Positions 10,001 to 19,702 of a DNA stretch of 64,000 bases are shown here, piece by piece. The stretch comes from Epithemia pelagica (lineage: Eukaryota; Protista; Bacillariophyta). Location of the stretch: positions 1,860,001 to 1,924,000 of the forward strand of contig OX337228.1 of NCBI GenBank assembly GCA_946965045.2, in the 5' to 3' direction. The translations under genes were made by a program, and so were the position numbers. Numbering within the stretch: position 1 is the stretch's first letter; each line of letters begins with the position of its first letter. The notes beneath the pieces are model-generated. The model did not search any database, had not been told where the DNA came from, and worked only from the letters and a program-made list of their open reading frames with translations.

Positions 10001-11188
10001 TTTGTCAAATTGGGCCGCATAATCCGCGACACTGACCGGAAAGGGTGTTTCAATGGATCCTCGTCCTTCGGGACCATTGTTATTTAATTCTTGCAAGGAG
10101 GCCACCGACTCGTCATGGTTGGCACTCGTGTCGGGAGGCGGATTGGCGGTGGTCGTGGTCGTCGTCGTAGTATTGGTGGTGGTCAATCCCAGCAAGGCCG
10201 CTTCTTCTGGCAAGAATTCAATGGATGTCGCGGAATCGGCCAATAAACTATCCAAAAGATCTCCTCCTCCTCCTCCTTCTTCTTGTTTTTGTTTCTCCTC
10301 TGGTTGTTGTGGTTGTTTCTGTTCCGTTCCATCTGATACGGATTCCTTCTTTGGTTTGATGGCATGTGAGGATGCTGTTGGTCGGGGCTTGGATGATGCC
10401 TTTTGGTTCTTGGTTCGGTTGGGGTTGGTCACAGGTCCCCGACGAGACGAGGTGGTGGTGGTCCTTCTTGTTGTTGCTGTTGTTGGATCCCTCTTCTTGT
10501 TGGTTGTGGTGGCTGCCACGGCTGCTGCTTTGGCCGCTTGTTTTTTGCGTTGCATTTTACTACTACTCGTCGTCGTCGTACTGGCGTTGGTGGGCGATGC
10601 TCGGCTGGTACGGCGACTTGCAGTAGCGGCAGGTGGTGGTGCAAAGGCTCGTGGGACGGAGGCTGCTCGTAAGGACGAGGAGCGATGGGACGATGACGAT
10701 GACACTGGACTGGTTCGTGGTGGACCACCGCGAGGCGAAGATCGAGTTGTGGTGGTGGGAGATCGTCGAGGAGTACTGGTACTTCGAGGACGACTCCTGT
10801 TGCTACTGACATAGGCCGTTGCCGGAGACGGTGCTCGATCCATGGAAATGCGTTTGGGTGCCAAAGGTCGTCCCGAAGAAGGTGATTTACGAATGTATCT
10901 TGCTTTGCCAGTGCCGTCGTCTTGTTGTTGTTCTTCGGGCAATCCAAAGAGGGGAACTTTGGTTTTGGGGGAGGAATCGACAAAATCCAGGTTGGTAGGA
11001 CGTCGATGCGGAGAAGGAGGTGGTTGAAAATAATCATGTTGATCCAACATGTCCGGTGTAAAATCGTACCGTGACGCCAAGGAGGCTACCGTATGATGAT
11101 GATACAACCGTTCAAAGGCTGCATCTTGTTCTCGTTGACGTTGACGCAATTTTTGATCCAAGCGATCGTCCGGATCGTCCGCCGTCAT
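7043..11188 (-). CDS. Large disordered protein (1381 aa) with 3x74-aa tandem repeat and two copies of an unrecognised 66-aa C-terminal module
   Basis: 4.1-kb stop-free ORF; ATG at 11188 (track start TTG 11263); basic S/R/T-rich N-terminus, acidic middle, internal repeats visible in DNA and protein. Confidence 0.8.
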   Translation of the reverse strand: MTADDPDDRLDQKLRQRQREQDAAFERLYHHHTVASLASRYDFTPDMLDQHDYFQPPPSPHRRPTNLDFVDSSPKTKVPLFGLPEEQQQDDGTGKARYIRKSPSSGRPLAPKRISMDRAPSPATAYVSSNRSRPRSTSTPRRSPTTTTRSSPRGGPPRTSPVSSSSSHRSSSLRAASVPRAFAPPPAATASRRTSRASPTNASTTTTSSSKMQRKKQAAKAAAVAATTTNKKRDPTTATTRRTTTTSSRRGPVTNPNRTKNQKASSKPRPTASSHAIKPKKESVSDGTEQKQPQQPEEKQKQEEGGGGGDLLDSLLADSATSIEFLPEEAALLGLTTTNTTTTTTTTANPPPDTSANHDESVASLQELNNNGPEGRGSIETPFPVSVADYAAQFDKPDSAIVMPDKSIVARVPSRLASSSSTKSKQDDEDDDEASPQDEEAILAALAMSVEADEEEICFDDDDDDHDMEEDAGESQLAMELQAIEQQAMELQTSSGGEKGPTENENDDDDKKAMGLVAGGAVAAAAAAATLARPEQEQATADKATNGDREENVAETVTENTVTKNSSPPTETIDSEVKDMDSSKQEPALSPNTEEPQKDAVAAVATVSGSTDDDKKTDTETENQAPAPAVEQNKVSEVAMATTAAALLSTKDDDQTNDKAEEDVEQREALESEVKTETTTSTPVSDEIATDNKEDKEKSPAPAVEQNKVSEVAMATTAAALLSTKDDDQTNDKAEEDVEQREALESEVKAETTTSTPVSDEIATDNKEDKEKSPAPAVEQNKVSEVAMATTAAALLSTDDDDQTNDKAEEDVEQREAQKPEVKAETTTSTPVSDEIATDNKEDKEESSKTASGVVTTESPTRAETTKPTMMEQTKTPVTVPQDEGDVQANEEPQKDSNEVVDGAVAPLPVKSGDDEDAGREVKVGAENMAATTAQTTAPTSEELKQDQQNDAVVEDDNVKMESTSKSEQTETAGTMPSEVSKEEPDTQNKTERGAVVPVAPFSETDEVPEAKQQETAVEKMESQSVTPPDAKTLVPLGPATKTVATDRFATLHDPEQPVVAISMKKLPDATRKSSPQMGTDPTKVSSDQKEQMAQVEESGMTRYTLWAANHQIWNQAVSREDKKNHDKDNTPEPPNSKVEGKTNTPVLLMNDKKEDTTATEQVSTKEEAAPQTSDRVGPIAGQGSSKDNKRTLEDPSSQEDASTELLAVASDHNVPFFLGDVEGHMSLEYLSHSFTGDPSESAQMDHPSPSPALPKDKEEKKDFSVNSVATAQPTKSSAVHALPTNVSDPLVSSSKSSCSTVTTGRFAIYHNPAEPVVNVIPDKPSPPPSQQQHALGTDPLGVSSTLKSGMPELDESGVNRLALWAVSTRANSSNGRGTHS
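8654..9313. repeat. Coding tandem repeat, about 3 copies of a 222-bp unit
   Basis: Anchor TCGCCATGGCCACCTCGG at 8821, 9043 and 9265 (period 222); copies differ by only a few substitutions. Confidence 0.95.
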
Positions 11189-12005
11189 GGTAAAATTGTA
11201 GAGTGTGGGAGAATCGCAACCACAGGGAATCAATGGCAGCAACAACAACAACAACAACAGCAACAGCAGCAGGTCTCGTTGTTAGATTGAATCACTGTCT
11301 CTCGTCTTTAGTTCTGCTGCAGAGAGTGGATCCATCCAGTGCAGGAGGTATTAGTAGAATGGGTGATGTTGGAAGCAATCGTCCACGTCGTAGAATCAAG
11401 GCACTGCGTGGTCGTTGGGACAAGGACAGCTCTCTCTCTCGCTAAGAGAAGAGGAATCGAACCACACCTCCCAATCCAAAACAATCCAGAATTGGGAAGG
11501 ACGACTGGTCCGTTCAATGAGTCAATCCGGTAATGAGAGAGAGGTATCCAACGCCCAATGTGTGTCGTCTCTACGAGTAGAGTAGATAATGGCGAGCCCC
11601 CAAACCCAAACCCCAAATCATCAGAATCAGTCGCAGTGAGAAAACCGCTTGTTGTTTTTTGTGTTGTTGGGCTTCCTTCTTGAGAAAAGGGAAAAGGCGA
11701 ACAGAGGGGGCTATTTTGTTGTCATCCCCCCGGTCACAAACACAGTCACAAAGACTGCGGATTCGATACTGATCCTGAGTCCTGAGACTGCGTACTCGTA
11801 CTGGGACTGGAAGTCCCGGATTAGTGTCTCTTTCATGTCTCACCAAGACTGTAACACATAGGGGAGTCTTTTTTTCGGGTCGTCCTCGTCATCCGTGACC
11901 CATTTGGAGGACGAAGAGTCAATGGACTTCACTTTCCGGAAGAGGTGCTCTATTCTGACTTCTCTGGACGGTTTGTAGAGACTCTTTGGAACGAGGAATA
12001 GTACG

Positions 12006-15000
12006 ATGGGTGAAGACAGCAGCCACAACAGTTCCATGGCGGACATGAGTGTCAATGTGGCGGTAGACGAACCCATCGCCGACCAAGAAGAAGAAGAACC
12101 AGAACCAGAAGAAAAAGGTGACAACGACCAAGAAGAAGAAGAAGAAGAAGAAGAAGAAGAAGAGGATCCATCCGAAGAAAACAAAGAACAACCACAACCG
12201 GACAAGGGTGACGAGGAAAAGGCTGTAGGATCTTCACAGGATGACAAACCAGATCCATCTTCCTCTGTACCGACGCAAGAGGAGAATGGCAACCAAACCA
12301 AAGCATCAGCAGCTCAACAAGAAGAACCACAAAAGGACAAAGAACCTGTCACCATGATGAATGGAGATGGAAATCATGTCGACCAAGATGAAACGCAGAA
12401 AAAAGACGAACAAGACACGAACAACAGCAACAACAACAATGAGGATCCCTTGGCCTTGCTCACGGAACAACAGCAAGAAGATGCAACGACAACCACCAAC
12501 CCCAACCACAATTCTTCTCAATTGGGCGTCGTCATGGAAGATTCCGTCACTTCTTTTGCCGGTACTGTGACGACGGCCGATCCACCGTTCTCGCCCCTGT
12601 CGGAGCGACGGGCCGGAGGGAAATCCAGTTCGAGTGGTACTGCTCGCAAATCCAAAAAAAGAAAAGAGTCCAAGTCCAGCAGTAACAAGGATGGAAGCAA
12701 CAACAGTCATCGGAGTTGGACCATTCCAAATCCGGAAAAGAAAACAAAGGATGAGAAGGAACGAAGCAGCAGCGGCGGTAAGGGAACGAGCCTCAACAAG
12801 GAAAAGAAGGAGGGTAGTACGCGGACTCGAACCAGAACCAGCAGCAGCAACACTACAAAGGAACCCAAATCACCCAAAAAAGACACTGTTGCTGTTCCCA
12901 AAGAGAAACCACCACCACCTCCTCCGACTAAACCGGAGGATGACCCTCCGAATCACGCCAATTATACCAGCAACTATGTCAACAATGACAGTGTCAAACC
13001 GCCGACAAGTCCCAAAAAATTGGACGATTCCACCTCGAGTAATTACGATGGTTTTGAAGATGGTGATCAGGATTTGTTGGCAGTAGACAATGAAGAGTCC
13101 GCTTCGGAAGATCCCATGGAAGGTGCGAGTTCGACGCCGGCCGAAAGCTCAGCATCCTCCCCACCAGCCGTAGTCGACGAACCGCCACTGCAGCAAATGC
13201 CAGTGGAATGGATGACACCCGGTGTCGGCAAAACAAACACTGCTGTGACAACAGAGGCATCCGACGACCAAACACCGTCGTCGCCCTCCTCGCAACGACC
13301 CAGTACGAGTAAGGAAGCCTTGTATGCGCTCCATCTGGCCGCGGCCGCGGCGCAACAATTTGAAAAGTATTTTGGATCCATGAAAAATTCGCAATTGGAA
13401 AATATGACGCCCCTCTATCATTTCCATGAAGTTTTGGCCGGGAAGGAACCCTTGCGATTTACGGGATACTTTACCGAATATTCCTTGACGGCCATTCGAA
13501 TTGTCAATGGCAAAAATTCTACCGAAGATCAACACCAACAAAAGATTCGCCGTCGATTCATGGAACGGAGCATTGATGGATACTATTCTGTCAAGTACGT
13601 CCAGGCCGGTTTGATTGAAGCCACAGATCATGGTGGAACAGCGGCAGCTGACATGATTTACGAGACTCGTATCTTGATGAATTTGCGTCCGCAACATCCC
13701 AATGTGACACCCATTTATGGCGTGAATTGCGGTGGTATTGATAGCTTTTTGGAAACGGCGTCGGCCGACTCACCCAAGGCGGGCTTTTTCTTTATTACCG
13801 ATCGAATAGTCACCACCTTGCCGGAACGAATTGAACAATGGCGCAAGAAAAAGGAAAAAGAATCGGGAAATAGTCAACGCGGTCGACAAGCGCGCAAAGC
13901 CCGGTTGGAAGAACGCATGAGCATTGCCTTTGACATTGCCTCCGCCATGGTCTTTTTGCACAATCGCAACATTGTCTACCACATTCGACCGGATAAGATT
14001 GGCTTTGATGCTAAACAAGGTATTGCCAAGTTGTGCAATTTTTCGCAAGCCCGATACAATGGCATGAAAGATCATCAATCGCATGCCATTACCCGATCCG
14101 ACGACATCTCCATTTTAGCTTATACGGCACCCGAGGCCTTGTGCAAAGCGCCATGTACCACGGCTTGCGATGTGTATGGCTTTAGCATTCTCTTGTGGGA
14201 ACTCATGTCCTTGCGTGTCCCCTTTGAAGGATATGACCGTGCCCGGCATTTCCATCAAGTCGTTCAGCAACACAAACGACCACCCTTGAACAAGAAATGG
14301 AGCAAGGAAATTCGAGAACTTTTGCCAGCCTGTTGGGATCCCTATTCAAGGTATCCCATGAAAAGGGTCAATGAGATTCTCGAACAAGTTCTCATGACCC
14401 TGAGTGAAGAACAAAATCAAATCAATCAACAAAAATCCAGTCATAGCAAACGATCCAAGAGCAAAACACCATCCAGTCGAACGGCTGGAGGAGTTTCGGC
14501 AGCAGCAGCGGCGGTATCTTCGGTCTCGAGAAGGATGTCCACCACTCCAGGTGGACTGGGTGTGGGTGAGGACGACCAAGGATCAACCAAAATGGTTCGG
14601 CGCAACTCGACGGGAGCTCCGGAAGCGCTCAATCTTGATCAAGCCAAGGCGAAACTGCAACAACAGCAAAAAACACAAGCGCCGGATTCTCCCAAGAGGA
14701 ACCGACCGAGAAGAAAACTCAAACGACAAAATAGTGCCGATGGTATTACCAAACTTAAGGACCACTTCAAGGCGGCCAAAAAAGCTGCTGCTGTGGAGGA
14801 AGCCGAAGCGGATGCTGCCACTTATGCTCCGGGAGGACGTGGTCGAAACAAAGCGAAGGTAGACAATAGCGATTCTCGAAGTGTGAGTAGTTCGGCTTCC
14901 GCCTTTCTGCGATCTCCATACAAATCACCCCGGCGATCATCACTGAGCCATGTTCCGGCTGGCGTTCGTCGTCAACCATTGTTTCGTCGCAAGCAAGACG

Positions 15001-15449
15001 ACCCAACCTTGGTGTTGCATGAAGAAAACAAAGAAGAGGAAAAGGAAGACGGTGATGACAAAGGAGGAACTGTCAGTGGCAGCACAACAACGCAATCGCT
15101 CACTACTGCCGAGGGGTCCTCTATGGGATCCAACAATAACGCGACTCAAGTCGATCCTCCTCGCGATTCCCCAAAGGCAGATGTGACGCGAAGTTCATCA
15201 CCATCTCCAAAAGTGTCTGCTTCCCCAATGCGAGCCTTTCGGAAGAAATTAACGTCCATGAAAAATGCCTTGTCAGGTCAAGGTCGAAGTAATGTGGTCG
15301 GGGCAGCTCCCTTACTCGATGACGATGAGTCGTCCAACGCCCTGGACCATCTTCCCAACGACTCGACACAGCCTCTACGACCACCCTCCCCTTCTCAAGA
15401 ATCTGCTGGCAGTACGGGTCAGGTACGAAGGTCCAGCTTCACCTACTAA
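12006..15449 (+). CDS. Protein kinase-fold protein, predicted pseudokinase (1147 aa)
   Basis: Subdomains YSVKY, ETRIL, HPNVTPIYG, YTAPE, DVYGFSILLWELM and RP..W...CW are present; catalytic loop is YHIRPDK (no Asp) and DFG is NFS. Confidence 0.85.
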   Translation: MGEDSSHNSSMADMSVNVAVDEPIADQEEEEPEPEEKGDNDQEEEEEEEEEEEDPSEENKEQPQPDKGDEEKAVGSSQDDKPDPSSSVPTQEENGNQTKASAAQQEEPQKDKEPVTMMNGDGNHVDQDETQKKDEQDTNNSNNNNEDPLALLTEQQQEDATTTTNPNHNSSQLGVVMEDSVTSFAGTVTTADPPFSPLSERRAGGKSSSSGTARKSKKRKESKSSSNKDGSNNSHRSWTIPNPEKKTKDEKERSSSGGKGTSLNKEKKEGSTRTRTRTSSSNTTKEPKSPKKDTVAVPKEKPPPPPPTKPEDDPPNHANYTSNYVNNDSVKPPTSPKKLDDSTSSNYDGFEDGDQDLLAVDNEESASEDPMEGASSTPAESSASSPPAVVDEPPLQQMPVEWMTPGVGKTNTAVTTEASDDQTPSSPSSQRPSTSKEALYALHLAAAAAQQFEKYFGSMKNSQLENMTPLYHFHEVLAGKEPLRFTGYFTEYSLTAIRIVNGKNSTEDQHQQKIRRRFMERSIDGYYSVKYVQAGLIEATDHGGTAAADMIYETRILMNLRPQHPNVTPIYGVNCGGIDSFLETASADSPKAGFFFITDRIVTTLPERIEQWRKKKEKESGNSQRGRQARKARLEERMSIAFDIASAMVFLHNRNIVYHIRPDKIGFDAKQGIAKLCNFSQARYNGMKDHQSHAITRSDDISILAYTAPEALCKAPCTTACDVYGFSILLWELMSLRVPFEGYDRARHFHQVVQQHKRPPLNKKWSKEIRELLPACWDPYSRYPMKRVNEILEQVLMTLSEEQNQINQQKSSHSKRSKSKTPSSRTAGGVSAAAAAVSSVSRRMSTTPGGLGVGEDDQGSTKMVRRNSTGAPEALNLDQAKAKLQQQQKTQAPDSPKRNRPRRKLKRQNSADGITKLKDHFKAAKKAAAVEEAEADAATYAPGGRGRNKAKVDNSDSRSVSSSASAFLRSPYKSPRRSSLSHVPAGVRRQPLFRRKQDDPTLVLHEENKEEEKEDGDDKGGTVSGSTTTQSLTTAEGSSMGSNNNATQVDPPRDSPKADVTRSSSPSPKVSASPMRAFRKKLTSMKNALSGQGRSNVVGAAPLLDDDESSNALDHLPNDSTQPLRPPSPSQESAGSTGQVRRSSFTY

Positions 15450-15654
15450 TATATGGTGGCGGTGCGTAAGACTCGTGCTTCCATGTCGTCGTTGCCGGTT
15501 ATTCAGAATAACAGTTATAGAGTTAATGTGTATGTTGTTACCAGTTTGACTGAATAGTGATAGAACAATGCTCATACTATATACAACAGCGATCAAAGAG
15601 GTACAACCCCTCTCTACCGCAACCCTTCTACAGGAAGCTTTCATTCCAGAGAGC

Positions 15655-18636
15655 TTAGAACAATAGCATGCCTTCCAAAAGTTCGTTGGCCCTTTTCATG
15701 GTCATTCGAAGATAGGGATCCCAACAACCTTCGAGCAACTGGGCCAAATCATGAGGCCATTTCCCTCGAATCCGTGGTCTCTTGTGTTGCTTGATGACGT
15801 GTTCAAAATATTCGTTTCGTACATTCCCTCCAGCCGACTCGCTTGTTGCTGCCGTATCAGAATTATCCCGGGTCGACGGCAAGGCACCTTCAAAGGGCGC
15901 TTTGAGAGCCACAATTTGCCACAGCAAAATACCAAATCCGTACACATCACTGCAGGTAGTTATGTGTCTGGCATTGCACAAGACTTCCGGAGCCGTATAG
16001 GCCAAGGTCGAGAGTTGGGTCGATTCTGTGAGAAAGGCACTTTGATCAGAGGCCCCCAAGCCCTCTTGTCGAGCCTCACTGAAATTAAACAGTTTGAGAC
16101 AACCATGCTTGGCATCAAAGCCAACCTTGTCGGGTCGAATATGAAAGACAATTCCACGGTCGTGCAAAAACAACAAGGCAGAGGAAATATCCAAGGCCAC
16201 TTCGAGTCGTTGCGTAAATTTGCTATTTCCACCTCCACCCCCACCTCCTTGCGTGGTACTGGTTGCTGTGGCACTAGTGATATCATTGCCATTGGGATTC
16301 GAGTCGTCACCATTAAAGGGGGCACCGTACCCTTGTTTGTTACGCCATGCCTCGAATCGATCGGGCAACAATTCTTGAATGCGATCGGAAATCCAGAAAA
16401 AGGCATGTTTGCGCAATTGGGAAGACGACGAGGCATTGGACAAGGACGACGCATTGAGAGAATCTTCTTCTGTCAAGGCATCAATACCACTGTGATGCAT
16501 GGCATAGAGAGGAGCAATGTTTGGATGCCCTGGCAAGTTTTGCAAGATGCGCAATTCCAGCACCAAATCTGTCACGGTATTGGGTCCCCGAAGTGGATCC
16601 ACCAGTAATCCTGGTTGAACATACTTGACGCAATAGCTCCCATCCGTACTACGTAACATGAGTCGATCGCGGGCTCGTTGCAGTTGAGACCCAAATTGAC
16701 CTGTTTCAGGCATGAAATCCAAGACTACATTCAAGGCCTTGAGGGGAAATTCAATGTAGTGGCCCAATCGTCGTAGCGGCTTTTTGCCTTCCCATACCAC
16801 TTCCAATCCATGAAAGGTACAGACACTTTTTTCCTTGACGGGATCTTTGAGGGTAAAGTAGGCGTCAAATTGCCGTGAAGCGACCGAGGCAAATTGGGGA
16901 GCCAAGAGCCGCGCATGGTCATTGGAAAATGATGGTGTTGCCAAGTCTTGTGGTTCGTCTTCTTGGACTGGTGAATTTGGTTCTGGTGGGGGTAACGATG
17001 GTATTCGGGCAAGACTACTACTGGTTTTGGACTGGGAATGGTTTTGGGCCTCGGCACCACCAGTGTTGCTGAAATTGGCTGACGAACTACTGCTGAGAGC
17101 GGTATGACTGGTGGTTTCTTGTTCATGCTGCAATTGTTGTTCAATCTTGGCCGTGACGGCCTCTACGGCAGCCAAAAAGGATGCCGTATCGGGATTGGGA
17201 TCGGCAAAGTCGGGTGGTGTCAACAAGGAGGAAGATAAACTCGTCATTAGGACATTATCCTTGCTGCTGTTGTTGTTGTTGTCTCCTGTGGCTGTGATTG
17301 GTAAGTTTTCCACTGGTGCGGGTTCCTGTCGTTGTGGTTGTTGTTGGTAGGGTTGTGTGGGTGGTGGTTCCTGATGGGTAGGTTGATCCGGTTGCTGATT
17401 GTTGGTGACGGCCGCCACGGCGGGCAATCGCTCCGCCAATTGCTGCAACAAGGTCTTGTTGTTATTGTTGTTGTTGGTTGGACCGCCTGACGCACTGGGT
17501 CTTCGTCGTTTGGGTGTTTTGGATTTGGCACGAGTTTGCTGCTTTTGCGCCAACAATTTGAGTCGAGGTTTGGCAAGGTGTTGTTGTTGTTGTTGCGGCT
17601 GCGGAGTGTCATTGGTCAAAGCAGCAGGGGTGGTACTAGTAGTACCATCGTGTGGTGTTTCCTCCACAGCCGGTCGCGTCCGTTGGGGCGTGGCAGCACC
17701 ACCCTTTTTCTTGGTTTTCTTTTTCTTGATGACCAATACGGTTTTTCGTCCATTGGGGTTGTTGTTGTTGTCCCCGTTGCCGTTGCTGTCGGCCGCTGCT
17801 GCTGGTTGTTGTTGTGGTTGTTCTTCGGAGGGCAGGTCCAAAAATTCGGCAAAGGATTCGGTACTATTGCTTCGGGACAATCCCACGGAACGACGACGGC
17901 CACCACCACCTCCACCACCCCCCGCTGGATCGTCACTCGATTCCTTGTGCAAGGGAAACAAACTAACGGAATCCATACTGTCACAACTGTCATGAAATTT
18001 ATTGCAATCCTCCTCTACGGTTTCCTCGTCGTCTTGCGGGGCATTGGACCGACGGGTTCGTGTCGATCGTGATTTGGATCGATGTCGCCGTGATTGTTGT
18101 TGTTGTTGTTGTCGACCGGACGGTGTACGAAGGAGGGTCGGTTGGTTGCCGTTGCTCCTCCGATGCGAGGAGGAAGACGACGATGCTTTGGCTTTGCTGG
18201 GGGTTGTGGATCGTAATCGAGAGGATGATCGTTGACTCCCTCGTTTGGAGGGTGTCTTGGGTCGTTGTTGTGAGGGTGTGGTAGTAGCAGGCGTGGCAAC
18301 AGTGATGGGGAATCGTCTGCGACTTTTACTGGGCGTTCGGGGGGTCAAGAATCCAGCCGATGTGGTGGACAATTTGGTAGTGTTGTTGCTGTTGTTGTTG
18401 GTGTTCATAGTAGTGGTGGTGGGAGATGAGGTGGTATGGGGCGCCGACAAGCGTCGTCCAGGAGAGTCTGGTGGTGCATCGTCTTCCATGGAGGAGGAGA
18501 GTGGAATGCTTCGTGGTTGCGATCGAAAAGATGACAGAGACAAGCGTCGTTTGCTGCTGGATGGTGTCAAGGGAGTTGTTGTCGATCGAGACGATGTGGG
18601 CGAGGCATCTCGTCGACGTATTACGGCCTTGATCAT
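15655..18636 (-). CDS. Paralogous predicted pseudokinase (993 aa)
   Basis: YCVKY, ELRIL, HPNIAPLY, FHIRPDKVGFD, KLFNFS, YTAPE, DVYGFGILLWQIV; same degenerate motifs as 12006..15449. Confidence 0.85.
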   Translation of the reverse strand: MIKAVIRRRDASPTSSRSTTTPLTPSSSKRRLSLSSFRSQPRSIPLSSSMEDDAPPDSPGRRLSAPHTTSSPTTTTMNTNNNSNNTTKLSTTSAGFLTPRTPSKSRRRFPITVATPATTTPSQQRPKTPSKRGSQRSSSRLRSTTPSKAKASSSSSSHRRSNGNQPTLLRTPSGRQQQQQQSRRHRSKSRSTRTRRSNAPQDDEETVEEDCNKFHDSCDSMDSVSLFPLHKESSDDPAGGGGGGGGRRRSVGLSRSNSTESFAEFLDLPSEEQPQQQPAAAADSNGNGDNNNNPNGRKTVLVIKKKKTKKKGGAATPQRTRPAVEETPHDGTTSTTPAALTNDTPQPQQQQQHLAKPRLKLLAQKQQTRAKSKTPKRRRPSASGGPTNNNNNNKTLLQQLAERLPAVAAVTNNQQPDQPTHQEPPPTQPYQQQPQRQEPAPVENLPITATGDNNNNSSKDNVLMTSLSSSLLTPPDFADPNPDTASFLAAVEAVTAKIEQQLQHEQETTSHTALSSSSSANFSNTGGAEAQNHSQSKTSSSLARIPSLPPPEPNSPVQEDEPQDLATPSFSNDHARLLAPQFASVASRQFDAYFTLKDPVKEKSVCTFHGLEVVWEGKKPLRRLGHYIEFPLKALNVVLDFMPETGQFGSQLQRARDRLMLRSTDGSYCVKYVQPGLLVDPLRGPNTVTDLVLELRILQNLPGHPNIAPLYAMHHSGIDALTEEDSLNASSLSNASSSSQLRKHAFFWISDRIQELLPDRFEAWRNKQGYGAPFNGDDSNPNGNDITSATATSTTQGGGGGGGNSKFTQRLEVALDISSALLFLHDRGIVFHIRPDKVGFDAKHGCLKLFNFSEARQEGLGASDQSAFLTESTQLSTLAYTAPEVLCNARHITTCSDVYGFGILLWQIVALKAPFEGALPSTRDNSDTAATSESAGGNVRNEYFEHVIKQHKRPRIRGKWPHDLAQLLEGCWDPYLRMTMKRANELLEGMLLF

Positions 18637-19702
18637 TCTATGGCTTTATATAATTGTTGTATTGTTGTTGTTGTTGCGTTGAGAATCTACAAGAACACTC
18701 ACTGCTTGGCAATTGTCGCAGCAAATGAGACTGTTGCTCGCTTTGAAATATGATATGATGTATTTCACTCGATCGTCCTCACAGCAGCAAGGAGACTTCC
18801 CAAAAAGAAACCAAGGACAAGTTGCCGGGTTTGCCTTTGTTCCCAGAGCAGGGGAACTCTCCAAAGGCATTAATCGAAGGTGGTTACAATTTTCTTACTG
18901 GAAGAAGAAACAGGGATGATGATGATGATGATGATGGAGAACGTTATGGTGCAGTTCGGTTCGGTAGGAAGTTCAGTGGCATCCAAAAGTGCCTTTTTCA
19001 CCATTTTCGGAGCACTCCCCCAACAACAGTTTTCTCCAATTTACATAAGCTCTGTAGAGCAATATGTTCAGGGCAATACTATAACGGCATAAAGCTTCTT
19101 GAGGGTCGATGACCGCTCCCTACAGAAACCATACTCACACTTAACAAATATTCTTTGTAGGGAAGTCGGAGACACACATGAATGAACAATCCCCATCCAC
19201 CTTTCATGATTATTCATTCGTATTGGGACAACAGGAGAGACAGAGACGGTTAGGTACGACTGACCCAACTCTACAATGGACAATGGACTCCAACTCAACC
19301 CATTCACTGACTCTTCCCATGTAGGTAAGCATCGCTTGGAATCCTCTCGATCGCGATGCTATTAGAGGGGATTATACCCTATGCACCGTCTCCAAACTGT
19401 TGCAAAGATATTAGGAGACCACGAAAGTTGGACGACGCCGCTAGCTAGGTAGAGTAGCTATAGCTTTTTATATCTCCTGCGTTTACCGCGGATTGTCCTC
19501 AAAGACTAAACACCAATAGGAGCGTGGGGAGTACTAGCGGTTACAATCTGGCATCAAGGGATATGACAGATAGTCAATGCATCGTTCTCGTCGTTCTGCC
19601 AAAGACGACAATACCTACCTAGTTAGAGAAGCCAAAGTAACATACAAACAAGAATCGGAGCTAGTTCCAGACGACTCATTCCATGTTTCGATCCGTCTTT
19701 TC

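Noticed and set aside
8553-10814. Long antisense ORFs (403, 253, 189 aa) and similar shadows opposite other large genes
   Set aside because: They arise from stop-poor reverse frames of CAA/ACA/GAA-rich low-complexity coding sequence.
12132-12161. (GAA)10 and the many (CAA)n/(GAT)n tracts
   Set aside because: Ordinary homopolymer-encoding microsatellites, common throughout this genome's genes.
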